From Candidatus Aenigmatarchaeota archaeon (GTDB taxonomy: Archaea > Aenigmatarchaeota > Aenigmatarchaeia > CG10238-14 > SpSt-28), in contig JAWBNO010000001.1 of assembly GCA_039000725.1 (NCBI GenBank), positions 130,446 to 194,445 on the forward strand: a stretch of DNA of 64,000 nt, read 5' to 3'. The notes below the pieces were generated by a model that saw nothing but the letters and a program-made list of their open reading frames with translations, searched no databases and had not been told where the DNA came from. The position numbers and the translations under genes were made by a program. Of this stretch, positions 38,766 to 48,295 are shown in pieces; within the stretch, counting starts at the first letter, position 1; each line of letters opens with the position of its first letter.

Positions 38766-39947
38766 TTAAGAAGTCAATAATTTTCTTATTATTATTAAAA
38801 ATGTCATTGAAAATGTTTGAGAAAAAACTATGAAAAATGTCAAATATGTTAAAGAAATTTCGTAAAGATAACCAATTAATGAAGAACCTATAAACAAAGA
38901 TGCTCCTAAAATAAAAGAATAAATACCATATGCCATTCCTCTCTTTGAAATTGGAGAAACATCTGCAATGAAAGCTCTCATTATTGTTTCTTGCGTTCCA
39001 ATAACGAAACCATAAAGTAAAATTGCTATTATTATCAGGAATTTTGACTCAGAAAAAATAAAAAATGGTATCAATATGCTTAAGGATGGTATAATAAAAA
39101 GTAAATTTACTTTATAGACTTTTTTTACTCTATCATAAATTTTACCTATAAATGGCGCTATTAATGCATCAGAAAGCATAGCTAAAGAATACAAAAATAC
39201 TATTATGTAATCTGGAAATATTTTATTTAACTTAAAATGATAACCTAAAATAGCAAAATTTATGAAGCCCAAAAAAGTGAAAAAGGAAAACAAAGTATAA
39301 AACCAAAAAATTTTTGTTAATCTTTCTTTTTTTACATTTTTCGAAACTTCTATTTTAATCTTTCGAGAGTAAGAGTAAGCCAAAAATAAAACAAAAATCA
39401 ATATTATAAAGGGCAACGATAATATAGAGTAAGCAAATCTATAAATATTGATTTGGTTTTGAGAATAAACCAAAAACAAAAAACCTAATATAATTGGTCC
39501 TATTAAAGCCCCAACTTGATCTAACAGCTCTATTATACCAAAAGAAAATCCTATGTTTTTAGTTTTTTTAGTTAAAAAAGAAACAATAGTATCTCTAGCT
39601 GGACCTCTAATAGCTTTTCCTATTCTTTCAAATAGAATAAATATAAAAGCTACCTGCCAGGTTTTAGCCAAAGCAAGTAGTGGAATTGAAATTAAAAGAA
39701 AATAACCAAAAATTATGAAAAACCAATACTTTTTCGTTTTATCAGAAGCAAAACCGAATACGAATCTTAAAAAATTACTTAAAAGTTCTGTTAGTCCAGA
39801 AAAAAATCCTATAATAGAAGCTGAAGCGCCTAACAGAAGTAAATATTGACCATTAATGCTTTTTGCACTCTCATAAATTAAATCTCCAAAAAGACTAACT
39901 AATCCAAACATTATTATAAGCAATTGAATTTTTTTTATTTTCTCCAT
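38766..39947 (-). CDS. MFS-type transporter
   Basis: 393 aa with about 12 hydrophobic spans. Has the MFS-like loop GKAIRGPARD between the early helices. Confidence 0.75.
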   Translation of the reverse strand: MEKIKKIQLLIIMFGLVSLFGDLIYESAKSINGQYLLLLGASASIIGFFSGLTELLSNFLRFVFGFASDKTKKYWFFIIFGYFLLISIPLLALAKTWQVAFIFILFERIGKAIRGPARDTIVSFLTKKTKNIGFSFGIIELLDQVGALIGPIILGFLFLVYSQNQINIYRFAYSILSLPFIILIFVLFLAYSYSRKIKIEVSKNVKKERLTKIFWFYTLFSFFTFLGFINFAILGYHFKLNKIFPDYIIVFLYSLAMLSDALIAPFIGKIYDRVKKVYKVNLLFIIPSLSILIPFFIFSESKFLIIIAILLYGFVIGTQETIMRAFIADVSPISKRGMAYGIYSFILGASLFIGSSLIGYLYEISLTYLTFFIVFSQTFSMTFLIIIRKLLTS

Positions 39948-39981
39948 CTATTTATTTTTTCTAATGTAATTTAAGATAAAA

Positions 39982-40419
39982 ATGAGACTGTGGAGTATAC
40001 ATTCAAAATATTTGGACAGAATAGGTTTAATTGCTGAGTGGAGAGAAGGTCTACTGGCTCAAAAGGTTTTATTAGGTAAAACAAAAGGCTATAAAAATCA
40101 TCCACAACTAATAAGATTCAAAAATTATGAAGATCCTGTGCTTGCTATAGGAACCTTTCTATTCCACGTTTATTTAGAGGGTAAAAGAAGGAATTTTAGT
40201 TTTGATAAATCTAAAATTGTTAAGTTTGATGAAAAACTAGAAAAAATAATACCTATAACTAAGGGTCAAATAGAATATGAGTTTAAACTTTTAAAATATA
40301 AGATCAGTAAAAGAGAAGGAAGAATTATTAAAGAAGATGGAAAAATAGAAGTTAAGCCTATATTTTATGAAATAGATGGTCCTGTAGAAAGTTGGGAAAA
40401 AGTCAAAAATTATGTTTAA
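39982..40419 (+). CDS. Pyrimidine dimer DNA glycosylase (T4 endonuclease V / DenV-like family)
   Basis: 145 aa. MRLWSIHSKYLDRIGLIAEWREGLLAQKVLLGKTKGYKNHPQLIRF closely matches the family N-terminus. Confidence 0.8.
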   Translation: MRLWSIHSKYLDRIGLIAEWREGLLAQKVLLGKTKGYKNHPQLIRFKNYEDPVLAIGTFLFHVYLEGKRRNFSFDKSKIVKFDEKLEKIIPITKGQIEYEFKLLKYKISKREGRIIKEDGKIEVKPIFYEIDGPVESWEKVKNYV

Positions 40420-40425
40420 TATAAT

Positions 40426-41154
40426 TTAAGCAACGAAGAAATTTCCCAACAAAAATATGAATAAAATGCCGATTATAAAAAATAAAGCTGTCATAATATT
40501 TTTACCTTTATTGTTTTGATTCAATCTAGGAATTAGATCGGAAGCAGAAATGTACAGAAAACCACCTGCAGCAAAAGGCAATATCAAAAATACATACTCC
40601 TTAGGAAATCCGAACCAACCGTATAGTCCACCAATTATTGCACTAACTTGAGCTAAAAACTTTAATATCAACGCTTTTTTCTTACTGAATCCGCCATACA
40701 AAAGTGTTGCAAAACTTCCAAGCTCTTGTGGAATTTCGTGCAGTATTATTGCTAAAACTACAAATAATCCCAAATTAAAGTTTATTATAAATGTTGCTGC
40801 TATGGTTAACCCATCTATAAAATTATGAACAAAATCTCCTATTAGTAAAAGATAGCTAAAAGAATGAATTTTACACCTAATTTCATGACAATGATGCCAA
40901 TTTATTACTTTTTCTAAAAAGAAAAACGAAACAAAGCCTATTAATAAAAGCGTAATTGCTTCTTTAGCCTCTATTTCTTCTATACTTTCCAAAAGCAAAT
41001 GGTACAATCCTGCTGATAACAAAACACCTGCTGAAAAAGCAACTAAAGGCAAAATTATTTTTCTTATAGTTTTATCTTTTAATAAAAAGGAAAAAACTCC
41101 TATAAGACCCAAAAAGCTAACTATTAGAGTTGAAATTAGTATCCATATTAACAT
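40426..41154 (-). CDS. ZIP-family divalent metal transporter
   Basis: 242 aa. Contains HNFIDGL and HEIPQELG, the ZIP signature helices. Confidence 0.85.
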   Translation of the reverse strand: MLIWILISTLIVSFLGLIGVFSFLLKDKTIRKIILPLVAFSAGVLLSAGLYHLLLESIEEIEAKEAITLLLIGFVSFFFLEKVINWHHCHEIRCKIHSFSYLLLIGDFVHNFIDGLTIAATFIINFNLGLFVVLAIILHEIPQELGSFATLLYGGFSKKKALILKFLAQVSAIIGGLYGWFGFPKEYVFLILPFAAGGFLYISASDLIPRLNQNNKGKNIMTALFFIIGILFIFLLGNFFVA

Positions 41155-41200
41155 ACTTAGTAATTTGTTTATTATTTAAAATTTAAAAATAATTGGTAAG

Positions 41201-41485
41201 ATGAAGATTAATCAAATAAAAAATGGTATGAAAAACATTGAAATAGAAGCTAAAGTTATAGAGAAATCGAAAGAAAAGACTGTTCTAACTAGATATGGAG
41301 AAAAAAGAGTAGCAGACATTGTTCTAGAAGATGAAACAGGGAAGATAAAAGCTTCACTCTGGGAGGATCAAATAGATAGATTTAAAGTCGGCGATAAAGT
41401 AAAGATTTCTGGGGCATATTCAACAGAATTTAGAAATAATGTTCAATTAAATATTCCAAAAAAAGGAAAAATAGAGAAATTGTAG
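41201..41485 (+). CDS. Small OB-fold nucleic-acid-binding protein
   Basis: 94 aa. The pattern IEAKVIEKS...VADIVLEDETGKIKASLWEDQ...GDKVKISGAY is typical of a single OB domain. Confidence 0.6.
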   Translation: MKINQIKNGMKNIEIEAKVIEKSKEKTVLTRYGEKRVADIVLEDETGKIKASLWEDQIDRFKVGDKVKISGAYSTEFRNNVQLNIPKKGKIEKL

Positions 41486-41486
41486 A

Positions 41487-42056
41487 CTACATTTTTTCTT
41501 CTATAATTTCTGCTTCGAATTTGTAAAATTCCATACCCTCCTTTGTCCATTCATTTGGAGGTAAGCCAGCCTTAATGCATAGCTGAGATAAAAAAGTTTC
41601 TTTCTTTGGTAACTCGTCCCAAACTTGAGGTAAAAATAGAGCAGACCTTATCCCTTTTTTTATTATTATACCATCTTTAAATGGTCTAATCTTTTCTAAA
41701 ATTTCCTTATAATCTTTTCCTTCTATTTTTTCTGGCTTACTTAATATAGAGACTTCTATGAATATTTCTTTAAGCTCTTTTTCGTTTAAAGGTGCAAATC
41801 TAGGATCTTTAGTTGCTGATATGGCAGCCTCGATTATTCCATCTATTAATGGTTTTGTTGGATATGGCAAACCTATACAGCCTCTTAAATAACTCTGATT
41901 ATTTACCTTTTTGTATATTGTTACAAAAACTCCTCTCTTTTCATTTAACTCGTTAGGATATTCCTTAGGTTTTGAAATTATCCTATTTGTTTTTACATAA
42001 ATTTCAATTGCTTTTTTAGCAAGGTTTATAATGAATTTTTTAGTTTCTTCTTCCAT
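41487..42056 (-). CDS. AMMECR1 domain protein
   Basis: 189 aa. Contains GVFVTIYK and LRGCIG motifs. Confidence 0.85.
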   Translation of the reverse strand: MEEETKKFIINLAKKAIEIYVKTNRIISKPKEYPNELNEKRGVFVTIYKKVNNQSYLRGCIGLPYPTKPLIDGIIEAAISATKDPRFAPLNEKELKEIFIEVSILSKPEKIEGKDYKEILEKIRPFKDGIIIKKGIRSALFLPQVWDELPKKETFLSQLCIKAGLPPNEWTKEGMEFYKFEAEIIEEKM

Positions 42057-42379
42057 TATCTAATTTTACTTCCTTCCTTTACATCTTTTACTGGTTGAAG
42101 CAAAGCGATGTTGCTATCATCTTCAGCGGCAAGAATCATGCACTCAGATTCTATACCCATAATTTTTCTTTTTTCCAAATTTGTTACAAAAATAAACTTT
42201 TTACCTAGAAGTTCTTCCGGTTTATAATACTGTTTTATTCCAGAAACTGCTACTCTTTTTTCATTGCCAAAATCAACAATTAACTTATACAATTTATTTG
42301 AATTTGGAATATCCTCTACTTTAATAACCTTCCCGACTCTAATCTCAATTTTTGAAAAATCGTCGTAGCTTACAACCAT
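42056..42379 (-). CDS. tRNA-binding domain protein (CsaA/Trbp111/EMAP-like OB fold)
   Basis: 107 aa. Contains IEIRVGKVIKVEDIPNSNKLYKLIVDFG. Confidence 0.8.
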   Translation of the reverse strand: MVVSYDDFSKIEIRVGKVIKVEDIPNSNKLYKLIVDFGNEKRVAVSGIKQYYKPEELLGKKFIFVTNLEKRKIMGIESECMILAAEDDSNIALLQPVKDVKEGSKIR

Positions 42380-42415
42380 TCTAAAAAATTAAAAAGAAAA
42401 AATAAAAATTTTATA

Positions 42416-42679
42416 CTACTTTTTTCTTCTAGATTTTCTTTCTTTTTTCTCCATCTCTTTTTCTTCCTTTTGAAGTTCTTTCTCAATTTTCCACTCGTCC
42501 CATTCTAACCAAACTATCAAAACTCCTAACAGAAGAACAAACAATGGTAAAGCCCCGTTTATTACTGTTAATACATCTTTTAAAGCTGGTGCCAAAACTC
42601 CTGGAATTCCTGCAAAAATATAGTATATGCTCGCTAGAACCAATATTACTCCTATCAATGCTTTTGTCAGCGGATGCAT
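42416..42679 (-). CDS. Small membrane protein with K/E-rich tail
   Basis: 87 aa with two hydrophobic spans followed by a charged C-terminus. No homology recognised. Confidence 0.45.
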   Translation of the reverse strand: MHPLTKALIGVILVLASIYYIFAGIPGVLAPALKDVLTVINGALPLFVLLLGVLIVWLEWDEWKIEKELQKEEKEMEKKERKSRRKK

Positions 42680-42740
42680 ACTATCACTAAAAATAATTTC
42701 GAATTAAAACATTTAAATCTAAAGAAACAATTGGTTTTTT

Positions 42741-43277
42741 ATGATAAACTTGTATGATGCACTAGCAAAATTGTGGAAAATGAGATTTAAAAAGAATGAA
42801 CTAGAAACGTTAGTAAAAAAAAGACTAGAAGAATGGAGAAAACAACCAGCTGTCATTAGAGTTGAAAAACCTACGAGATTGGATAGAGCTAGAGCCTTAG
42901 GTTACAAAGCTAAACAAGGATTTATAATTGCTAGAGTTAGAGTTAGAAAAGGAGGAAAGCCAAGAAGATTGTATGAAAGATCTGGAGGTAGAAAACCGTC
43001 TTCTGCAGGCTTACTTAAATTTACAGCAAGAAAATCTGACAGATGGATAGCAGAAGAGAGGGCAGCGAGAAAATTCCCCAATTTGGAAGTATTAAATTCT
43101 TATTATGTTGGTGAGGATGGAACGTATAAATGGTTTGAAGTAATATTAGTTGATCCTCACCATCCTAATATACAAAATGATCCAAAAATAAACTGGATTT
43201 GCTCCTCAAAAAATAGAAGAAGAGTTTTTAGAGGTTTAACGAGTGCTGGTAAAAAATCAAGGGGATTAAAGTCATAA
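42741..43277 (+). CDS. rpl15e: 50S ribosomal protein L15e
   Basis: 178 aa. Contains [43 protein letters not shown]. Confidence 0.9.
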   Translation: MINLYDALAKLWKMRFKKNELETLVKKRLEEWRKQPAVIRVEKPTRLDRARALGYKAKQGFIIARVRVRKGGKPRRLYERSGGRKPSSAGLLKFTARKSDRWIAEERAARKFPNLEVLNSYYVGEDGTYKWFEVILVDPHHPNIQNDPKINWICSSKNRRRVFRGLTSAGKKSRGLKS

Positions 43278-43303
43278 ATTTTTGAAGAACAAAAATAAAT
43301 TCT

Positions 43304-44587
43304 ATGCCTAAACTAGAAAAAAAATTTGATATTCCACAGTTGATATTTTTAGGAATAGCAAACATAATTGGAGCCGGAATATATGTAGTTGGTGGTATAG
43401 CGGCTGGGATTGCTGGTCCGTCTGTAATAATTTCTTTTATAATAGCTGGGATTATTGCAACTTTAACTGCACTTGTTATCGCAGAGCTATCTTCCGCTAT
43501 AACAGATATTGGAGAATCTTACACATATTCAAAAAAGGCATTTGGAAATTATATTGGTTTTATTGTTGGTTTTATCAGATTATTAAGTTCTATATTTTCA
43601 ACTACCTCTGTGGCAATAGGGTTTTCGGCTTATTTAATGACATTCTTTTTTTCTACTTATAATTCTTCATTTTTTCTATACATGATTTCTATATCAGTAA
43701 TAGTTCTTTCGTGTATACTAAATATTGTAGGAATTTCTAAAATGATTAAATTCGCCACAATTTTAACTATTTTTAAAATATTTGCCCTGTCTTTTTTTGT
43801 AATTCTTGGATTTTATTATTTAATAGAGAATTTTGATCCAAATAAATTAATTCCGCCATTTCCAAACGGATTTAAATCCACTTTAGAGGCATCCAGTTTG
43901 GTTTTTTTCGCTTACATAGGCTTTCAGACTATCGCCTTAGCTTCTGAAGAAACAAAAAATCCTAAAAAAAATATTCCTTTAGCTATTTTTTTCACCATGC
44001 TATTTTGTTCCATTCTATATGTCTTAATATCTTTAATTCAGGTCGCCTCTGTACATTGGTATGAGTTAAAAAATGTGGAATATTCCTTACTTTATATAAC
44101 GAGAAAAATAACTGATAATTACATCGTAAATCTTTTAATAACCTCTTCTGCTTTAGCTGCAATGCTCTCTGTATTACTAACAACAGTATATTCAAGCTCA
44201 AGAATTGCTTACGCTCTAGCAAAGGATGGTTTTCTTCCCTCTTTTTTCAAAAAAATTAATGAAAAATATAAAACTCCACTGTATTCTGTTATAATTTCTT
44301 CTCTTTTAAGTATTTTTGTTTTGACAATAAAAAACTTATCAACTCTAATATCTTTCGTGAGCTTTGGTTATTTGGTAATATTTTTAATTACACACCTGAG
44401 TTTGATGAAACTTAAGAAAAAAATTAGACCAAAATTTGAATTGCCATTTTATCCATCAATACCAATAATTTCTATATTTTTAATAATTGTTTTGTTACTG
44501 TTTTTAGAAAATACAGCTAAGATATTAGGTATTGCCTTTATTTTAGTGGGAACTTTAATATATTTTTTCTTAACAAAAAAGAAATAG
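43304..44587 (+). CDS. APC-superfamily amino acid permease
   Basis: 427 aa with about 12 spans. N-terminal GIANIIGAGIYVVGG is typical of APC transporters. Confidence 0.85.
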   Translation: MPKLEKKFDIPQLIFLGIANIIGAGIYVVGGIAAGIAGPSVIISFIIAGIIATLTALVIAELSSAITDIGESYTYSKKAFGNYIGFIVGFIRLLSSIFSTTSVAIGFSAYLMTFFFSTYNSSFFLYMISISVIVLSCILNIVGISKMIKFATILTIFKIFALSFFVILGFYYLIENFDPNKLIPPFPNGFKSTLEASSLVFFAYIGFQTIALASEETKNPKKNIPLAIFFTMLFCSILYVLISLIQVASVHWYELKNVEYSLLYITRKITDNYIVNLLITSSALAAMLSVLLTTVYSSSRIAYALAKDGFLPSFFKKINEKYKTPLYSVIISSLLSIFVLTIKNLSTLISFVSFGYLVIFLITHLSLMKLKKKIRPKFELPFYPSIPIISIFLIIVLLLFLENTAKILGIAFILVGTLIYFFLTKKK

Positions 44588-44593
44588 AGAGTT

Positions 44594-45304
44594 ATGTATG
44601 ATTTACATGTACACAGTACATTCAGCGGCGGAGAATCTAACCTAGAAGAAATAGTTAAAACAGCGAAAGAATTGGGTTATAAGGGAATTGGGTTTATTTC
44701 ATATTTATTAAAAAAAGAAGAAGAAAACATTTTAATTGCCGAAATAAAAAGAGTCTCATCAGAATTCAATTTTGAAATATTTTTTGGATACGAAGCAACA
44801 AATAGAAAAGAAGTTTTTCAAATACTTAAAAGAAGAAAAGAATTAGACCTTCTTTTGGTTAGAGGAGGAAAAATAGAAATTAACAGAATTGCTGTAGAAA
44901 ACAGAGGAATAGATATTTTAACTCATCCAGATTTGGAAAGAAAAGACTGTGGAATAAATCATGTTATAGCAAATTTTGCAAAAGAAAACGAAGTCGCAAT
45001 TGAAATAAATTTTAGAGAGGTTTTAAACTCTGAAAAAGTTAAAAGAGCACAAGTAATAAAAAATCATAATCAAATAATAAACTTATATAAAAAATTTAAG
45101 TTTCCCTTAATTATTTCTTCTGGATCCTTATCACATTGGCAAATAAAAGATCCAAAAGTTCTAATTTCTTACTTGGTAACACTTGGCTTAGATATCCATG
45201 AATCAAAAAAAATTTTGAAAGAATATCCAAAAAAGATTATAGAAAGATCAAAAGAATGGAAAAATGAAAAATGGATTATAAGAGGAGTTAAATTACTAGA
45301 TTAA
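44594..45304 (+). CDS. rnp3: RNase P protein component 3 (Rpp30 family, PHP-like barrel)
   Basis: 236 aa. The segment GIDILTHPDLERKDCGINHVIANFAKENEVAIEINF...PLIISSGS parallels the Pyrococcus Rpp30 pattern I recall (GVDAIISP..RKDPGIDHVLAKL...FLTSSA). Confidence 0.7.
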   Translation: MYDLHVHSTFSGGESNLEEIVKTAKELGYKGIGFISYLLKKEEENILIAEIKRVSSEFNFEIFFGYEATNRKEVFQILKRRKELDLLLVRGGKIEINRIAVENRGIDILTHPDLERKDCGINHVIANFAKENEVAIEINFREVLNSEKVKRAQVIKNHNQIINLYKKFKFPLIISSGSLSHWQIKDPKVLISYLVTLGLDIHESKKILKEYPKKIIERSKEWKNEKWIIRGVKLLD

Positions 45305-45526
45305 TTATGTCCTAACAATCTTTTTTCCACCTTCCCAACTTTCCCATTCTATCCATTCATCTGGAGCTAAAACTACATTATGAACCCATTCGTATGTTGC
45401 GTAGCCTGTACTAGTATCGGATTTTGCAAAACATATTCTATCAATTACATTTGCATGTTCTCTACACACTGCTTTTCCTCCCATAGAAATAGCAACAGCA
45501 TCCTTATCACAAAACCAACACTTCAT
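45305..45526 (-). CDS. Small Cys/Trp-rich protein (CxxC...CxxH, putative zinc ribbon)
   Basis: 73 aa. MKCWFCDKD...VCREH, then a Trp-rich tail YEWVHNVVLAPDEWIEWESWEGG. 4-nt overlap with the upstream gene. Confidence 0.5.
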   Translation of the reverse strand: MKCWFCDKDAVAISMGGKAVCREHANVIDRICFAKSDTSTGYATYEWVHNVVLAPDEWIEWESWEGGKKIVRT

Positions 45527-45744
45527 TTTTTCACCTCCATTAAAAGCAAGTATGGTATTTGTTTATAAGAAACAAAAAACAAAACAAAAAGGACTATAAC
45601 AAAAAGAATAATAGTTGATATTAAATCAAAAGGAGAAACCTTTTGATTTGAGTATGCATAATACATTTGAAGAGACACTAATAAGAAAATTACTAAAACG
45701 AACCATGCGACCCACTTTGGTAAAATAATTTTTTTTAACTTCAT
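45523..45744 (-). CDS. Small two-span membrane protein
   Basis: 73 aa with two hydrophobic helices. 4-nt overlaps on both sides suggest translational coupling within the GT operon. Confidence 0.45.
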   Translation of the reverse strand: MKLKKIILPKWVAWFVLVIFLLVSLQMYYAYSNQKVSPFDLISTIILFVIVLFVLFFVSYKQIPYLLLMEVKK

Positions 45745-46910
45745 ACAATCTCACCATATACTTGCTCAGTTTTCTTAGCGATTTCATCCCAATTGAAAAC
45801 TGTTTCAGCGGCGTATCTTCCCTTTTCACCCATCCATCTTGCATGTTCCAAATTTCTTAAAATTTCTTTAATACCCCACGCTATTGAATTTGGTGCTTGA
45901 TAAACTTTATATCCTGTAACATTATGCCACATTAATTCGCCTGCACCTGTACCATGAGTAGCTATAACTGGTTTTTTACAAGCCCAAGCCTCTAAAACTA
46001 CAATTCCGAATGGCTCATTTCTACTTGGAACAACAACAACTTCACTAGCTTTAATAATCTTAGTTTTCCAATCATCCGAAACATAGCCAGTAAATCTAAC
46101 TGCGTGCCATAAATTCAATTCAGAAACTCTTTTTTCTAGTTGGTGTTTCATATATCCATCACCAATAAATACAAACTTAGCATTTGGAAAATCTTTCAAA
46201 ACATCTGGTATAGCTTCAACTAACAAATCTGGACCCTTTTGATATGTCATTCTACCAACAAAAACTATAACCGGATCATAAACACCAAAGCCAAAATGTT
46301 TCTTTACATCATTCCATGCATCTATTTCTCCATCAAATTTGTGTGCCCAAATTCCGTTTGGAACAATTCTAATTTTCCAATCCGGAACCCTATATAACCT
46401 CATAACTTCGTCTTTCATAACATTAGAGCAAACTATAAGTCTGTCTGCTATATAAGTTCCGTACCATTCTAAATTTGCTATATCTTGAGCGCAGCCACCA
46501 TTAAAATGATTACCGTCTCTCCCATATTGTGTTGAATGAAGAGTAAAAACTATCTTTCTTCCTCTAGCTTTTTTTATTTCATCTAATGCCATAACTACAT
46601 GCCAATCATGACCATGAACTATATCAAATTTTCCTATATAGTTTTCTGTTTCAAAAAAATAGTAAGCCATTGATTTACACATATTATTACTCATTTCATA
46701 AATAAAATTTCTATCAAAATTGAATGGACACCTATGATAATGTACACCATCAATATTTTGGTATAAACTTTGATTGTTTCCTATTCTCGTAAAAACATGA
46801 ACTTCGTGCCCTAATCTTTGTAATGCTGCAGCTAATTCTGTAACATGAACTGCTAAACCACCGCAAGCGATAGAATGTAAAGATTCCCAACTAAAAAAAG
46901 CGATTCTCAT
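45741..46910 (-). CDS. Glycogen-synthase-like GT-B glycosyltransferase
   Basis: 389 aa. Contains MRIAFFSWESLHSIACGGLAVHVTELAAAL and NEPFGIVVLEAWACKKPVIATHGTGAGE. Confidence 0.75.
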   Translation of the reverse strand: MRIAFFSWESLHSIACGGLAVHVTELAAALQRLGHEVHVFTRIGNNQSLYQNIDGVHYHRCPFNFDRNFIYEMSNNMCKSMAYYFFETENYIGKFDIVHGHDWHVVMALDEIKKARGRKIVFTLHSTQYGRDGNHFNGGCAQDIANLEWYGTYIADRLIVCSNVMKDEVMRLYRVPDWKIRIVPNGIWAHKFDGEIDAWNDVKKHFGFGVYDPVIVFVGRMTYQKGPDLLVEAIPDVLKDFPNAKFVFIGDGYMKHQLEKRVSELNLWHAVRFTGYVSDDWKTKIIKASEVVVVPSRNEPFGIVVLEAWACKKPVIATHGTGAGELMWHNVTGYKVYQAPNSIAWGIKEILRNLEHARWMGEKGRYAAETVFNWDEIAKKTEQVYGEIV

Positions 46911-46953
46911 TTTTTAAATTAAACAATGTATTTAAATCTTTTCAATAAATTTT

Positions 46954-48153
46954 TTAAAGATTTCTTATCTTTTCTTTAATTTTACTTAATATTTTCTTTC
47001 CCTGTTCAAACCAATAATCAGTACCCCAATAAACATAGCAACTAGTTTCGGCTATAAGCAAAAGTTTTAATAGTTCTGCATCGTTTATTTCGTTAACAAT
47101 CTTGCTTATTTCTTCTATTTCTCTAGCAATATTGGCTCTTTTTTCTCCCCATATCCATCTTTCATGACCAACTACCCAAGAAGCTCCAATTAACTTTAAT
47201 TCTACTCTTTCCATTTTTTCATCCTTGTAATATTTTTCCAAAAAATCTGAAACTAGAATAGAAGAAACTTTACTATCTTTAAATTTAGAAAAGAAATCAG
47301 TATAAGTTTCTGGAAAAAATTGATTCATCATCACATTACCGTTTTCTCCATCACTTGCTGTTATTATCAGAGCTGGCTTGTTACAACCTAAAATTTCCTT
47401 AGCCTTAAGGCATTGAGTATAAATATAATTAGCAGTAACTCCAGCTTGTTGATCTAAAAAATAGTATGGAGCAGAAAAAAATACTATAATTTCTTGATCA
47501 TTTACTGAAACCTTATAAGGCTTTGAAAAATATCTTATTCTTTCTTCAAAACTCAGTTTTTCGTAATTAGCTAAAGAAAAGATTGGTAATATTACCCACT
47601 CATAACCAAAATCTCTAAGAATTTTTATTAAATTTCCTAGCTTATCTCCATAAGATGGAACCCCCATTTCTGGTAACCAAAATCCTTTAATGTTCTTAAG
47701 TTGGTTTTTTCCAAATATGGATGAAAAAACGTTTTGCCACTCTCTAATTTGCCATTTCCAATCTCTTTCTGGAGTAACAGGAAAGTAACAATGAGAATAT
47801 GCTGTACCTGCAAATTCTATACTTTTAGGAAAATTTTTTATAACCCTTCTATAAGCTTCAATTATGTTACCTATTTTTTCTCCTTGAACCTCTATATTTT
47901 CTAAAAAATCTGAAAGTCTTTCTAAAGATTCTAAAAGAATTCCTGAAAAATCTAACATAATTTTTGGCTTATAATTGTTAAGTTTTTCAATGTAAGTTGC
48001 AGGATTTTTGTAAGCTCTAGCAATCAACTTTCCATCCCAACTTTCTATTGAATCTTTTGATAAGATCATTTTTTTCAAATTGCTCTCAAGAATATTATCA
48101 ACCCAAACTAAAGGTTGATGCATATGTAACCAAGGGATCCAGAAAGCTTCCAT
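46954..48153 (-). CDS. GH57-family glycoside hydrolase (second, divergent copy)
   Basis: 399 aa. GH57 blocks HMHQP, AGTAYSH, WLPEMG (nucleophile Glu region) and ASDGENG (acid/base Asp region). Confidence 0.7.
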   Translation of the reverse strand: MEAFWIPWLHMHQPLVWVDNILESNLKKMILSKDSIESWDGKLIARAYKNPATYIEKLNNYKPKIMLDFSGILLESLERLSDFLENIEVQGEKIGNIIEAYRRVIKNFPKSIEFAGTAYSHCYFPVTPERDWKWQIREWQNVFSSIFGKNQLKNIKGFWLPEMGVPSYGDKLGNLIKILRDFGYEWVILPIFSLANYEKLSFEERIRYFSKPYKVSVNDQEIIVFFSAPYYFLDQQAGVTANYIYTQCLKAKEILGCNKPALIITASDGENGNVMMNQFFPETYTDFFSKFKDSKVSSILVSDFLEKYYKDEKMERVELKLIGASWVVGHERWIWGEKRANIAREIEEISKIVNEINDAELLKLLLIAETSCYVYWGTDYWFEQGKKILSKIKEKIRNL

Positions 48154-48195
48154 AAGAAAAATTGAAAAATAAAAATTAATTTAACCTTAATAAAA

Positions 48196-48267
48196 TGGAC
48201 CGGCCGGGATTCGAACCCGGAGCCTCCGCCTTGCGAAGGCGGCGTCCTACCATTAGACCACCGGCCC
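48196..48267 (-). tRNA. tRNA-Ala (anticodon CGC)
   Basis: The reverse complement is gggccggtggtctaatggtaggacgccgccttCGCaaggcggaggctccgggttcgaatcccggccggtcca. The G3:U70 identity pair is present. No intron. Confidence 0.9.
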
Positions 48268-48295
48268 ATTTTATTTTTTATAAACAAAGATTATA

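Noticed and set aside
43992-45844. Track ORFs 43992-44222(-), 45380-45568(+) and 45626-45844(-)
   Set aside because: They overlap better-supported genes (the APC permease, the small coupled ORFs and the GT) in other frames or on the other strand.
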